From the IMG/VR virus record IMGVR_UViG_3300008117_004020, positions 54,148 to 118,147 of that record: a DNA stretch of 64,000 nt, one strand, 5' to 3'. The position numbers and the translations under genes are program-made. Source of the stretch: a virus. How positions within the stretch are numbered: position 1 is the stretch's first letter; every line of letters begins with the position of its first letter. Shown here piece after piece: positions 50,985-60,660 of the stretch. The notes beneath the pieces were generated by a model. That model did not search any database. It was not told where the DNA came from and saw only the letters and a program-made list of their open reading frames with translations.

Positions 50985-51892
50985 GAGGTTTTAGCTGTGT
51001 TAACAATTGCTTTAGCATAATTATAAGCACAAAACTTATTACTAAAACTTTCTTGTTTTATATCATAGGGAAGTTTACCAATGTATGCCCCCTTATAAAA
51101 CAATTCTCCAGGACCTGTAACACCTGCATTATGATAGATGGGATGTTTATCCCATTCACTGATTGGTGATGTAGCCCAGGAGAATGACAACTTATCTGTG
51201 GTTTCCACCTTTCTATCTAACACCCATAGATTCCAAAGAACTGCCCACATATCAGCACACCATATTTGAATAGCATGTGGAGGCTGATCTTTTGCAATCT
51301 GTTGATTTACAAGGCGAAACATTGTTTCACAATCTTGATAAACCTTTCTCCAAAACTCTGTAGGAATATTTTTAAGAATATATTGAGCACCTCCGCTATT
51401 CTTCTCTTGCTCAATAACATATTGTTTATTAACTCCTACAATCCCTGTCATCAAATCTAGATAGTGTTCTCCCTTAGAGCGAATATAATTAGCTCCTATG
51501 TAACTTGCAGTGTCACTGACATAGCATGTATCCAAATCCATAAGATCCTCAGTATCAAATGGTTTTGCCAATACAATATCACAATCGTGATAAAATACTG
51601 TTTTAGATGCTAGTTCAGGATTATGCACCCAATGCTTGTGCAAAACATGGGGACGTACACTTGGAATATATCCTGGTTTGAATCTTTCATCTGTATAAAA
51701 TGCAAATGTTACATCTGAATATTTAGTCTTTAGTTTTTCCCATTTTTCAGGAACAGTCCCATAATGGGAGCAAACTATGTGAATATTTTTAGGATCCACT
51801 TTATTCTCAATAAAGTTATCCAGCATCACTTCTACTTGCCAAGCATAATAGTCTATGGCAGGTTGAGCACACATGTAAATCATGTCATTCAT
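50972..51892 (-). CDS. Putative protein O-glycosyltransferase (GT-A; resembles plant HPAT/SGT1, GT95/GT96)
   Basis: YYAWQ, RPHVLHKHW, DCD (DxD), GGAQY, WCADMWA, IYH motif order. Confidence 0.6.
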   Translation of the reverse strand: MNDMIYMCAQPAIDYYAWQVEVMLDNFIENKVDPKNIHIVCSHYGTVPEKWEKLKTKYSDVTFAFYTDERFKPGYIPSVRPHVLHKHWVHNPELASKTVFYHDCDIVLAKPFDTEDLMDLDTCYVSDTASYIGANYIRSKGEHYLDLMTGIVGVNKQYVIEQEKNSGGAQYILKNIPTEFWRKVYQDCETMFRLVNQQIAKDQPPHAIQIWCADMWAVLWNLWVLDRKVETTDKLSFSWATSPISEWDKHPIYHNAGVTGPGELFYKGAYIGKLPYDIKQESFSNKFCAYNYAKAIVNTAKTSCLL

Positions 51893-51917
51893 TGTTGGTT
51901 ATTTTTTGTTGGTTTAT

Positions 51918-51955
51918 AAAAAAGTAGCTAGTCTCTACATAGAAAGACTGGCTAC
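51918..51955 (-). terminator. Probable intrinsic terminator after the protease gene
   Basis: Minus strand GTAGCCAGTCT-N10-AGACTAGCTAC (one mismatch) followed by TTTTTT. Confidence 0.6.
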
Positions 51956-51962
51956 AAATATA

Positions 51963-53021
51963 TTACAAAATAGGATATGGATTTTGGTCCACTCTTGTAG
52001 TCATCCACCATACAGCACCTGTAAGAGCTGTGGCTAAAAAATTATAATCAATCCAGATTTTTCCACCACATGCCCAATTAGGTCCATAAGAATTTTGACA
52101 TAACCATGCCTGTTTTGCATCATCATAGCCAATAATCACCATTGAGTGAGTTGACATAAGAGTACCCCTAGAATTCCAGATGTAATCACAAGAAGGTGCA
52201 TTGTAATAATTATAATCCATTTGAAAATCTAACTTAAGACCATGATTATTACAAATAAGTCTTTTCATTGCATACAAATCAGTAGATTGTACATTACCAA
52301 ATCCTGTAATTTTATGATTTGCTGCATCATCTGCCATTGCTTGTGTAAACGCTGCAGTAGAACATCCATCTTGAGAATTATAAGGACAAAGTGACCATCT
52401 AGGTAATCCAACATTTAAACAAAAAGACAAATTTGTTAATGTAGCAGAACCACTTCCACAGCCTTCATTAAATTTTGTATAATTATATATATACTCAGGA
52501 CTCAATTCATTAGTAGACTGACTATATGATGTGGCACCTGTTGTATAATATTGTTCTATTGACCTCTGTAAAGCTGTTGCTTGAGCATTACAAGATCCCT
52601 CTCCTCCTTGATTCCATGCAGTGGGGGTAGCTAAGATTTTGCTACTAGGCAGTGTAGGGGGAGGAGCAATTGTAGTTGATGTGGTGGTAGTGGTAGTACT
52701 ATCTGTTCTATTAATTACAACAGAATGACTTGCTGTATTACCAGCAGCATCGTATGCCTTAGCTGTCAATGTAAAAATTCCTAGTTGTGTACTCACAGGC
52801 CATGCAGCACTATAAGGTGAACTAGTATCAGTTGCTAACAATGCTGTAGCACCAGTTGAATTATTCTTTACATAAAACTCCACTTTTGCTACAGCTTTGT
52901 TATCAGTAGCAGTAGCTGTTATACTAATAGTACTTGATGTTAAAAATATTTGTCCATTAGCAGGCGATGTGATAGTAACCACTGGTGCAGTTCTATCTTT
53001 AGAGCCAGTACCCCTTGCCAT
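51963..53021 (-). CDS. Ig-like (Big_7-type) domain, Thr linker and papain-like C1 cysteine peptidase (paralog 1)
   Basis: APVVTITSPANG...TAKAYDAAGN; NQGGEGSC, HSMVIIGY, QNSYGPNW catalytic motifs. Confidence 0.85.
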   Translation of the reverse strand: MARGTGSKDRTAPVVTITSPANGQIFLTSSTISITATATDNKAVAKVEFYVKNNSTGATALLATDTSSPYSAAWPVSTQLGIFTLTAKAYDAAGNTASHSVVINRTDSTTTTTTSTTIAPPPTLPSSKILATPTAWNQGGEGSCNAQATALQRSIEQYYTTGATSYSQSTNELSPEYIYNYTKFNEGCGSGSATLTNLSFCLNVGLPRWSLCPYNSQDGCSTAAFTQAMADDAANHKITGFGNVQSTDLYAMKRLICNNHGLKLDFQMDYNYYNAPSCDYIWNSRGTLMSTHSMVIIGYDDAKQAWLCQNSYGPNWACGGKIWIDYNFLATALTGAVWWMTTRVDQNPYPIL

Positions 53022-53040
53022 ATTATTAAAAGTTTATATA

Positions 53041-53442
53041 TTAAACAATCTTAGATGTACGATAACCATTGATACGGAAGTCTTCTGACATAATCATTGG
53101 AACATCAGCAAGATCTTCAGGAGAATCAACTACAACACCTGAGTTTTCATTCTCTCCACGAGGGCGTCCAATAACATTATCTTTAAACAACTCCATGTAG
53201 TTTCCTACAGGTACAATAGTAGACACTACCAATGAACCATTAATTACATTTCCATTAGCATCCAACTGTACAAAAAATCTGTTGTTGCCAGCAAATGCAG
53301 GTTTAAATGAATCAGAAATAGGTCCATTAATTACATTCTTCACTTGAATGTGTCCTGTAGATGGTCTTCTATTAGCTCTAATGTTAGAACCTGCTAAGGG
53401 TAAACCATTTCTACCCCTTCTGAAATACAAATTTTGTCCCAT
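53041..53442 (-). CDS. Hypothetical protein with a short internal duplication
   Basis: LYFRRGRNGLPLAGS...P..G versus FFVQLDANGNVINGS...P.G. Confidence 0.65.
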   Translation of the reverse strand: MGQNLYFRRGRNGLPLAGSNIRANRRPSTGHIQVKNVINGPISDSFKPAFAGNNRFFVQLDANGNVINGSLVVSTIVPVGNYMELFKDNVIGRPRGENENSGVVVDSPEDLADVPMIMSEDFRINGYRTSKIV

Positions 53443-53478
53443 TTTTTTTATTATTTTAAATATTAAAGAATTAATTTA

Positions 53479-54597
53479 TTAAAGAATTGGATATGGATTC
53501 TGATCAATCCTTGTTGTCATCCAGTATAGTCCACCAGTTTTTACAGGTAAAAAGTTATACGCTATCCACAACTGCCCATTGCATCCCCAATTTGTTCCCC
53601 ATGAGTTTTGACATAACCAAGCTTGTTTAGTGTCATCATATCCAATAATAGAAACCGCATGAGTACTCATAGGTGTTCCAACACTGTTCCAGATATAATT
53701 ACATGGTGCAATACCTTGATCAGTACCAGTATAGTAAAAATTACTATCCACTTGAAAAGTAAAATGAAGAGCGTGATTATTATTAATCAAACGCTTCATA
53801 GAATAAATATCAGTTGGTTGAACCACACCATATCTAGTAATCTTATAGTTAGCAGCATCATCAAGCATACCTTGTGTAAAACTTGTAACACTGCATCCAT
53901 TTTGATAATTCCATGGACATATTGATGATCTGCAAATTCCAACTCTAGTGATTTTTCCAAATGTTGTAAGTGTTGCAGTGCCATATCCACATCCATCACA
54001 AGTAGGACTAACAAAGTCTTCTACTGTAATGGGTTCAACACAATTACATATTTGAATATTATAGAGCCACTCAGGACTTAAAATATTAGTAGCTGTGCTA
54101 TAAGATGTAGCTCCTGTAGTGTAATATTCTTCTATAGATCTAGTTAATGTAGCAGACATAGTACAACAAGATCCTTCTCCACCCTGGTACCATACAGGAG
54201 GAGCAGCTAATATTTTACTAGCTGGTAAAGTTGGTGGTGGTGCTATGGTGGTACTTGTAGTAGTGGTGGTAGTGCTATCTGTTCTGGTCACTACAATAGA
54301 ATGTGTAGAAAAGTTACCAGATGTATCTACAGCTTTTGCTGTAATAGTATAGTTACCCACCTGTACAGGTACAGGCCAAGTTGTACTATATGGTGAAGTT
54401 GTATCAGTAGCTAATGCACCAACAGCACCTGTTGAATTATTAGTCACTTGAAATTCTACTCTTGCCACTGCTTTATTATCTGTAGCTGTAGCTGTAATTG
54501 TTATTGTACCTGCTGTAGTATACAAGGTACCATTTGCTGGGGAAGTGATAGTAACCACAGGGGCTGTCCTATCTTTTGAACCTGTTCCGCGTGCCAT
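53479..54597 (-). CDS. Ig-like domain, Thr linker and papain-like C1 cysteine peptidase (paralog 2)
   Basis: First 23 aa identical to paralog 1; YQGGEGSC, HAVSIIGY, QNSWGTNWG. Confidence 0.85.
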   Translation of the reverse strand: MARGTGSKDRTAPVVTITSPANGTLYTTAGTITITATATDNKAVARVEFQVTNNSTGAVGALATDTTSPYSTTWPVPVQVGNYTITAKAVDTSGNFSTHSIVVTRTDSTTTTTTSTTIAPPPTLPASKILAAPPVWYQGGEGSCCTMSATLTRSIEEYYTTGATSYSTATNILSPEWLYNIQICNCVEPITVEDFVSPTCDGCGYGTATLTTFGKITRVGICRSSICPWNYQNGCSVTSFTQGMLDDAANYKITRYGVVQPTDIYSMKRLINNNHALHFTFQVDSNFYYTGTDQGIAPCNYIWNSVGTPMSTHAVSIIGYDDTKQAWLCQNSWGTNWGCNGQLWIAYNFLPVKTGGLYWMTTRIDQNPYPIL

Positions 54598-54625
54598 AGT
54601 TGTAAGGATTAAATTGTTATAAGTT

Positions 54626-54670
54626 TATAATATAATATACAAAATTTTTAGGGGTTTGCCTAATTAAACT
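54626..54670 (-). promoter_or_regulatory. Putative phage late promoter
   Basis: Core identical to 29349-29367; 54631-54650 identical to 63981-64000; AGTTTA at the same spacing. Confidence 0.7.
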
Positions 54671-55734
54671 GCTGTAATTGTTACAGTATTTACTGCCTGT
54701 AGAGCAACTACATCTCCATCAGTTACTAAAGCTGTTGGTATTGTAAGACTTATAGTGTTTCCTGATATTCCTGCAAATACTCCATCATCTCCTGTAGTTG
54801 AGCCCAAACTTGTACATGCAGGTAAAGTGATGGTAGTTAATGAATCACAATTATTAAAGCAACCATCCACTATTGTAGTTACACCAGGTAGGTTAACTGT
54901 TGCTAAAAGAACTGCATTTTGTAAACTTGCACATGTTATAATACAACCTGCCTGATCATTTATACCAATCAGATTATCATTAGATGGAGTATTTAATGTT
55001 GATATTGTACCTGAAGATAATGTTATTCCAGATCCACCATATAAATAAATTTGTGTGCCACTTGGATCAGCAGTAACATTTGTAAATGGTGTCCCATTTG
55101 TTGGCAAATTAAATACTGTATTCCATTGCCCAACATTAAATGGATCTGTTACACCAGTAGCATTATAATCTTGAAGTGTAATAATTAATGGTAATGGGCA
55201 ACTTCCTTCTCCTGATACAACAGATTCACCCAACACAAAACTACCTGGAACAGCCTCCACCTCAATACATTCAAATGGATCTAGAGCATCAGAAATCTGT
55301 GTTCCAAAACAATCTGTATATTGATAATCTTGAGGAGCCAGATTAGCTAAATTTAATATATAATAACTTGTACAATCAGGATTAATAGTAGTAGTGGTAG
55401 TAGTAGTTGATGTACTTGTAGTTGTAGAAGTGGTTGACGTTGAGGTTGTAGTAGAAGTGGTACTAGTTGTCGTAGTGGAAGTGGTTGTAGTGGTACACTC
55501 ACACAAAAACTGACTTATTAGATTTAAAATATCTAATAAACTATCACCTGGATTAATTCCATAATCCTCTAAAAATGTACCATTGTATATAATACATTCT
55601 GCTGGTATTACAACATCACATCCTGGTTCATTAGGATTGTATGTAGTTGTTGTAGTTGTAAAAGCTGTAGTAGTTGTAGTGATTTGGTTACAACAACATG
55701 GATTACAATAACATCCGCAATTATAATGTGCCAT
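54664..55734 (-). CDS. Cys-rich, poly-Thr surface protein with short BspA-like LRR units
   Basis: CGCYCNPCCC start, two Thr tracts, LPGVTTIVDGCFNNCDSLTTITLP. Confidence 0.7.
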   Translation of the reverse strand: MAHYNCGCYCNPCCCNQITTTTTAFTTTTTTYNPNEPGCDVVIPAECIIYNGTFLEDYGINPGDSLLDILNLISQFLCECTTTTTSTTTTSTTSTTTSTSTTSTTTSTSTTTTTTTINPDCTSYYILNLANLAPQDYQYTDCFGTQISDALDPFECIEVEAVPGSFVLGESVVSGEGSCPLPLIITLQDYNATGVTDPFNVGQWNTVFNLPTNGTPFTNVTADPSGTQIYLYGGSGITLSSGTISTLNTPSNDNLIGINDQAGCIITCASLQNAVLLATVNLPGVTTIVDGCFNNCDSLTTITLPACTSLGSTTGDDGVFAGISGNTISLTIPTALVTDGDVVALQAVNTVTITAV

Positions 55735-55747
55735 AGTTATATTTAAA

Positions 55748-57679
55748 TTATGGGGTTATAGTGACTACCACTGACTGAGCTGTAAGTGCTGCTACTGCTG
55801 CATTAACAGCTGGAGTAAATGATCTAGTTCCTCTTAAATTAATTTCTAATGTAAAGTTTAGTGCTGTATATCCTGGAGGATATGTCCATGTTTTAATAGA
55901 CAAATCAAGTAATAATTGGTCAATATCAGGAGTGGGCATGTTACCAGCAGATACAGGCATAACACTCACTTGACTCATTCTAATAGGACTCCATATCTTA
56001 CCATTATATCCTGTAACAGTATTATTACCTCTGAGTTCAATATTTTCCAATGATGTAGGTGTATCTCCCAAATCACCAGTCAATATGCAAGCCAAATCAC
56101 TACTGTCAATTGAGAATTGTTTAATACCTGCAGGTAATGTTGCAATATCTCCTATCACCGTATTAGCACCTTGAAGTGTAAACTCATCTATACTAGGAAT
56201 TATTGCAGCCAATGAGCTAATATTACCTGTAATTGTATTGCCACCAGGAGCATCTCCTCTTACATTAAATTTAATAGTAGTTGTTGGTGATGCACCTACA
56301 CCTGTAGGCATATCTACCAAGTCTCCATATACAGTGTTAAATCCACCAATGCTTGTACTATATACTGTCTTAGGAATATCAGCAATATCACCAGTGACAG
56401 TATTTCCATATCCTGGAGGAGTTGTAAATGGATCATTATCAATTGATAAGATAACAAGAGGTAGAGTTGAAAGACTTGACAAATCACCTGACAATGAAGA
56501 CCATCCAAGTATTGATATTCTAATCAAACCTGCTAATGCACTAAATGCAGCAATGTCTCCATCAATAGTATTAAATCCATGAATAGTAATCTCTGTAATA
56601 ACAGTGTATGTAGAGAATACAGAAATATCTCCTGTAAGTGTATTTTTACCTTGTATTACTAATCTTGTCATTGCTGTTGCATATCCAGCTGGCAAATCAA
56701 TAATATCACCACTAATAGTATTATTACCTTGTATTACACAAAGCGTTAAGTTAGGAGGCAAATCACCCACATCTCCAGAAAGTATATTAGCTTCAATTGA
56801 TGTTAAGTTTAATTGAGTGAGAGTTGTAGGAAGATCTGCAACATCACCTGTCAAAATCCCTTTATAGCTTGTAAGTCTTGTTAATGTATCTGGTAACTCT
56901 GACGCATCAGCATTAAGTATTGTAGTGATGCTGTATAGTTGTTGAAGATTTACAAGTTTACTAATCTCAGGACCAGTAATAGTCAAACTACCTACAGTGA
57001 AAGTATTTATATTGTCTGTACGCAATTCAGTGATTGCAGCCAAACTAGCAGTTAATATTTTAACCTCTCCAGTAAATGGTGAAGAATAAGTGTGAGTTCC
57101 AACGTTTGTTGTGCTACCAAGATAGGATGTTTGATTACCATCACCCCAGTCAACTATAAATGGAACTGAAGTTACAATCTTACGAATGTTTAATTTATTA
57201 ATACCAGATGCAAACATTTTAAATACCTCATAGCATTCTGAATCTCTAGAGCATTCATCTACTCCTCCAGTTACTATAATATCACCTGTACCGCTATATT
57301 GAATAGAACCTTCCTTAGCACAGAAATTATTTGTTTCATCAGCTAAATAATCAATGTTTTCATTACCATCACAATCAATCCATTCTACTGCATATGAGCC
57401 ACCTGTAGTATCCACCTTATAGCAATAGCATGGAACAGTGGTTGTTGTAGTTGGCAACTGTACTATTACATTATTAGTACATATTACACCATCAGAAATC
57501 AATTTAATTTCTGTTGTACCATCAGGAACATTTACAGAGGTAAACCCAGACAACAATGCAGCCTTAGAAATATCATTTTCAAATGGTGTTGTAAATCCAT
57601 CCACATTTGAATAAATATCAAATACAGGACCTGCATCTACTCCTGCTGCTGTTATTGTTATAATTGCTGTAAAAGACAT
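55748..57679 (-). CDS. Putative surface/receptor-binding protein with an LRR-like solenoid
   Basis: Many roughly 24-aa repeats (GDiadLP..lt.l.i.G.Nt); VDWGDG PKD-like motif; short Thr tract. Confidence 0.7.
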   Translation of the reverse strand: MSFTAIITITAAGVDAGPVFDIYSNVDGFTTPFENDISKAALLSGFTSVNVPDGTTEIKLISDGVICTNNVIVQLPTTTTTVPCYCYKVDTTGGSYAVEWIDCDGNENIDYLADETNNFCAKEGSIQYSGTGDIIVTGGVDECSRDSECYEVFKMFASGINKLNIRKIVTSVPFIVDWGDGNQTSYLGSTTNVGTHTYSSPFTGEVKILTASLAAITELRTDNINTFTVGSLTITGPEISKLVNLQQLYSITTILNADASELPDTLTRLTSYKGILTGDVADLPTTLTQLNLTSIEANILSGDVGDLPPNLTLCVIQGNNTISGDIIDLPAGYATAMTRLVIQGKNTLTGDISVFSTYTVITEITIHGFNTIDGDIAAFSALAGLIRISILGWSSLSGDLSSLSTLPLVILSIDNDPFTTPPGYGNTVTGDIADIPKTVYSTSIGGFNTVYGDLVDMPTGVGASPTTTIKFNVRGDAPGGNTITGNISSLAAIIPSIDEFTLQGANTVIGDIATLPAGIKQFSIDSSDLACILTGDLGDTPTSLENIELRGNNTVTGYNGKIWSPIRMSQVSVMPVSAGNMPTPDIDQLLLDLSIKTWTYPPGYTALNFTLEINLRGTRSFTPAVNAAVAALTAQSVVVTITP

Positions 57680-57700
57680 ATTATTTTATTTTATAATAAA

Positions 57701-60634
57701 TTATATAGTTGTTGTAGTTGTTGTATATAAACAAGTATCAATTGCAGTTATAACAGAAAAGCCTCCCACTAAAGATACTGTAACTATCTGAACTGATGTG
57801 GTCGCTGGATCTCTTAAATAAACATCTACATTAATTGCAGTATTAGGTTGATAAATATAATACCCTGCGCTAATATTAGTACAACTTGTTAATGACCACC
57901 CTGGATAAACTCTTTCTCCAATAGTTAAAGAATTTATCTCAATTTGTGTAAATCCATAACTTCCACCTGTACCTACATGATAATAGTTAAATGCATTACA
58001 AGCATCTACTACTGAAACAGTTCTAAAATTCCAAATTGGATCTCCTGCATTTTGAACTTGGGATACTAATATACCATCAGTTAATCCAGTAGGTCTTTGA
58101 CATACAGTTGTTGTAGTTGTGGTAGACGTTGTACTAGTAGTAGTAGAGGTGGTTGAAGTAGTAGTTGTAGGTGCTGGTTCTCCACAATTAACATCAATTC
58201 TTTCAACGCATGTTCCTGAATCAATATCGTAACTATATCCACCTGGACAACCAAAATTGCTACAGAAATTACTATTATACAAAGGACCTGTAGATCTGTA
58301 GTTTTCAGTGGTAAACACTATATTAATCATTGCTGTAGAGGTAGCAGCAATTAACTCAGACAAAGTATTATCATATATTTCTGCAGCAAAACCACCAACC
58401 TGAGTTCTATTCCATCCCTCTAATTCAATTACATTAGTACCTGCTGGTATTTGAACTGGATATATATGCCAATAGTTAAAGTTTATATTTGTACCTGCAG
58501 CACTTGATCCTATACCATATTGATCTACTATAATAGTACCATTAAGCTTTATAGTCACATCATTATCACCAGCAATTCCAATATAATATATTTTACTTTC
58601 AGTTAATTCAACTGTATCACATAAACTAACATAATCTGGATAAGCAGGATCAGGCCAAAAAGCATTTCCACTCACCCAAACACCTGTTGTATTCAATCTT
58701 TGTCTCCAGAATGCTGTATTTGCTGGTTCAGGCGTTGGACCTCCAAAAGCTGCAGTAAGTCCTTGGAATGCATATGTAGTACTAATAGAGTTACCTAAAA
58801 TATCATAGTCATTAATGTTGTAGATTCTAAATCCACCATTTCCATACGCAAGATTAGGAGTTATATCAGCAGTTAACAAAGTATCAACTATTGAGGGGGG
58901 AGTTTCATTTACAGCTACACAACCAGATTCATCAGGTAATACAGTAAATCCAGGAGGACAATCACAAACAGTTGTAGTTGTAGTTGTGGTAGGTTCTACT
59001 GTAGTAGTCGTTGTAGTAGATGTTGTTGTTGATGTTGTACTAGTTGTTGTAGTAGTTGTAGGCTCTATTGTGGTAGTTGTAGTTGTGGATGTTGTTGTAG
59101 ATGTAGTACTAGTGGTGGTTGTTGTAAATGGACATGAATAATCTGGACCATACCACTGCATAACTTCCTCACATGGAGCTGTTAAATTTTCAACTATTTC
59201 CACTCCATCTGCTGCAATAGGATTTTTACCACAGTAAACAAGAGTTTGACCTGCAAAAATAAATCCTAAATTTAAATTATTAAAGCAATTTCTAAATGAA
59301 AAATTTAATCCTTCACCTGTAGTATTGGTAAATGTAATACAATGACAATCAGTAATTAATAATGGACAATCATAAGTTTCTCCATCTAATACACACTCAA
59401 CTCCTGATTTTACATAATAAACTGCAATACTTGGAACTATAGTATCGTAATAGCCACAAACATTAATTGGACTACCAAATGATATATTATCGCTCACAGT
59501 ATTTCCAAAACAATCTGTATATTGATATGGATAACTTCCTTCTATATTAGTTGAGATATTAAAACATTCACATAATGGACAATCTGTGTTTGATACGCAT
59601 GGATCACCCACTGTAATTGTAGGAGCTGTTTCAAATCCTGAATATGTAACAGAACCTTCTCTAGCACAGAAAGAATAAGGACCTATTTGATCTATTGAAT
59701 TAATTGTAATTTCTTCACCATCACAATTGATATAACCCACACTATAACTTTCTGGCCAAGAAATGCCATTAGGTAATGACACTGTATGACATAAGCATAT
59801 AGGTGCAGTAGTAGTTGTAGTTACACAATATCCAGTACATGGATCCAATTGAACAACAAGATCTACTATTCCTGCTCCAGCATATTGAACAATACTTGCA
59901 TCCCAAGCACATATTTTAGCCACTTCATCTGTAAAGGTATCAGTTGTAATAATATTATCATACCCTGTCCATCTTAATGACACTTCACCTATTATTGTTA
60001 ATTCATAACAATAACTCATAGGAGCGGCACAATCAATTGAACAATCTCCTTCTGGAGTTACTACTAATCCAGGAGTAGTCACTACATTGCTTAAATTAGA
60101 ACAAATAAACTTAATTTCACCAATAGCCATTTCTTCTACTAGTGTATCCCCAAATGTTGGAGAATCTACATTACAATCCACCCAAGTTACACTCTCAATA
60201 GATAAACCTGGATTAATCACCTTATAACAATTGCATGGCAATGTTGTTGTGGTGGTGGTACTTGTCGTAGAAGTAGAAGTAGTGGATGTTGATGTAGTAG
60301 TAGGTATAATGACCTCCACTTCAAAACCACAGTTTGGAATCTGTGTAGTGGTACTTGTGGTACTGGTAGTTGATGTAGTTGAGGTGGTAGTTGTTGTAGG
60401 AATTACAAATTCATATGTAATTTCACAATCGCTTAAAATATCAACTAAACGTATTTTAGTGCAATCATCTGGCACCACTGTAGAAATATATCCAGCTTGA
60501 AGTTGAGCTAGTGTAATATTAAAATCAAATGCAGGATAAATCAAATTACCCAATGAATCTACGCAATGCAGATTAAATGGACCACTGAGAGCTGATCCAG
60601 ATGAAGTTACCGTTATAAGTACTTTTTTTGCCAT
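57701..60634 (-). CDS. Mucin-like Thr-rich, Cys-rich surface protein with a PA14-like beta domain
   Basis: Several long T/S tracts; repeated Cys modules; IAGDNDVTIKLNG...GTNVIELEG. Confidence 0.75.
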   Translation of the reverse strand: MAKKVLITVTSSGSALSGPFNLHCVDSLGNLIYPAFDFNITLAQLQAGYISTVVPDDCTKIRLVDILSDCEITYEFVIPTTTTTSTTSTTSTTSTTTQIPNCGFEVEVIIPTTTSTSTTSTSTTSTTTTTTLPCNCYKVINPGLSIESVTWVDCNVDSPTFGDTLVEEMAIGEIKFICSNLSNVVTTPGLVVTPEGDCSIDCAAPMSYCYELTIIGEVSLRWTGYDNIITTDTFTDEVAKICAWDASIVQYAGAGIVDLVVQLDPCTGYCVTTTTTAPICLCHTVSLPNGISWPESYSVGYINCDGEEITINSIDQIGPYSFCAREGSVTYSGFETAPTITVGDPCVSNTDCPLCECFNISTNIEGSYPYQYTDCFGNTVSDNISFGSPINVCGYYDTIVPSIAVYYVKSGVECVLDGETYDCPLLITDCHCITFTNTTGEGLNFSFRNCFNNLNLGFIFAGQTLVYCGKNPIAADGVEIVENLTAPCEEVMQWYGPDYSCPFTTTTTSTTSTTTSTTTTTTIEPTTTTTTSTTSTTTSTTTTTTVEPTTTTTTTVCDCPPGFTVLPDESGCVAVNETPPSIVDTLLTADITPNLAYGNGGFRIYNINDYDILGNSISTTYAFQGLTAAFGGPTPEPANTAFWRQRLNTTGVWVSGNAFWPDPAYPDYVSLCDTVELTESKIYYIGIAGDNDVTIKLNGTIIVDQYGIGSSAAGTNINFNYWHIYPVQIPAGTNVIELEGWNRTQVGGFAAEIYDNTLSELIAATSTAMINIVFTTENYRSTGPLYNSNFCSNFGCPGGYSYDIDSGTCVERIDVNCGEPAPTTTTSTTSTTTSTTSTTTTTTVCQRPTGLTDGILVSQVQNAGDPIWNFRTVSVVDACNAFNYYHVGTGGSYGFTQIEINSLTIGERVYPGWSLTSCTNISAGYYIYQPNTAINVDVYLRDPATTSVQIVTVSLVGGFSVITAIDTCLYTTTTTTI

Positions 60635-60660
60635 TTGATTTATATCACACTATTATAAGT

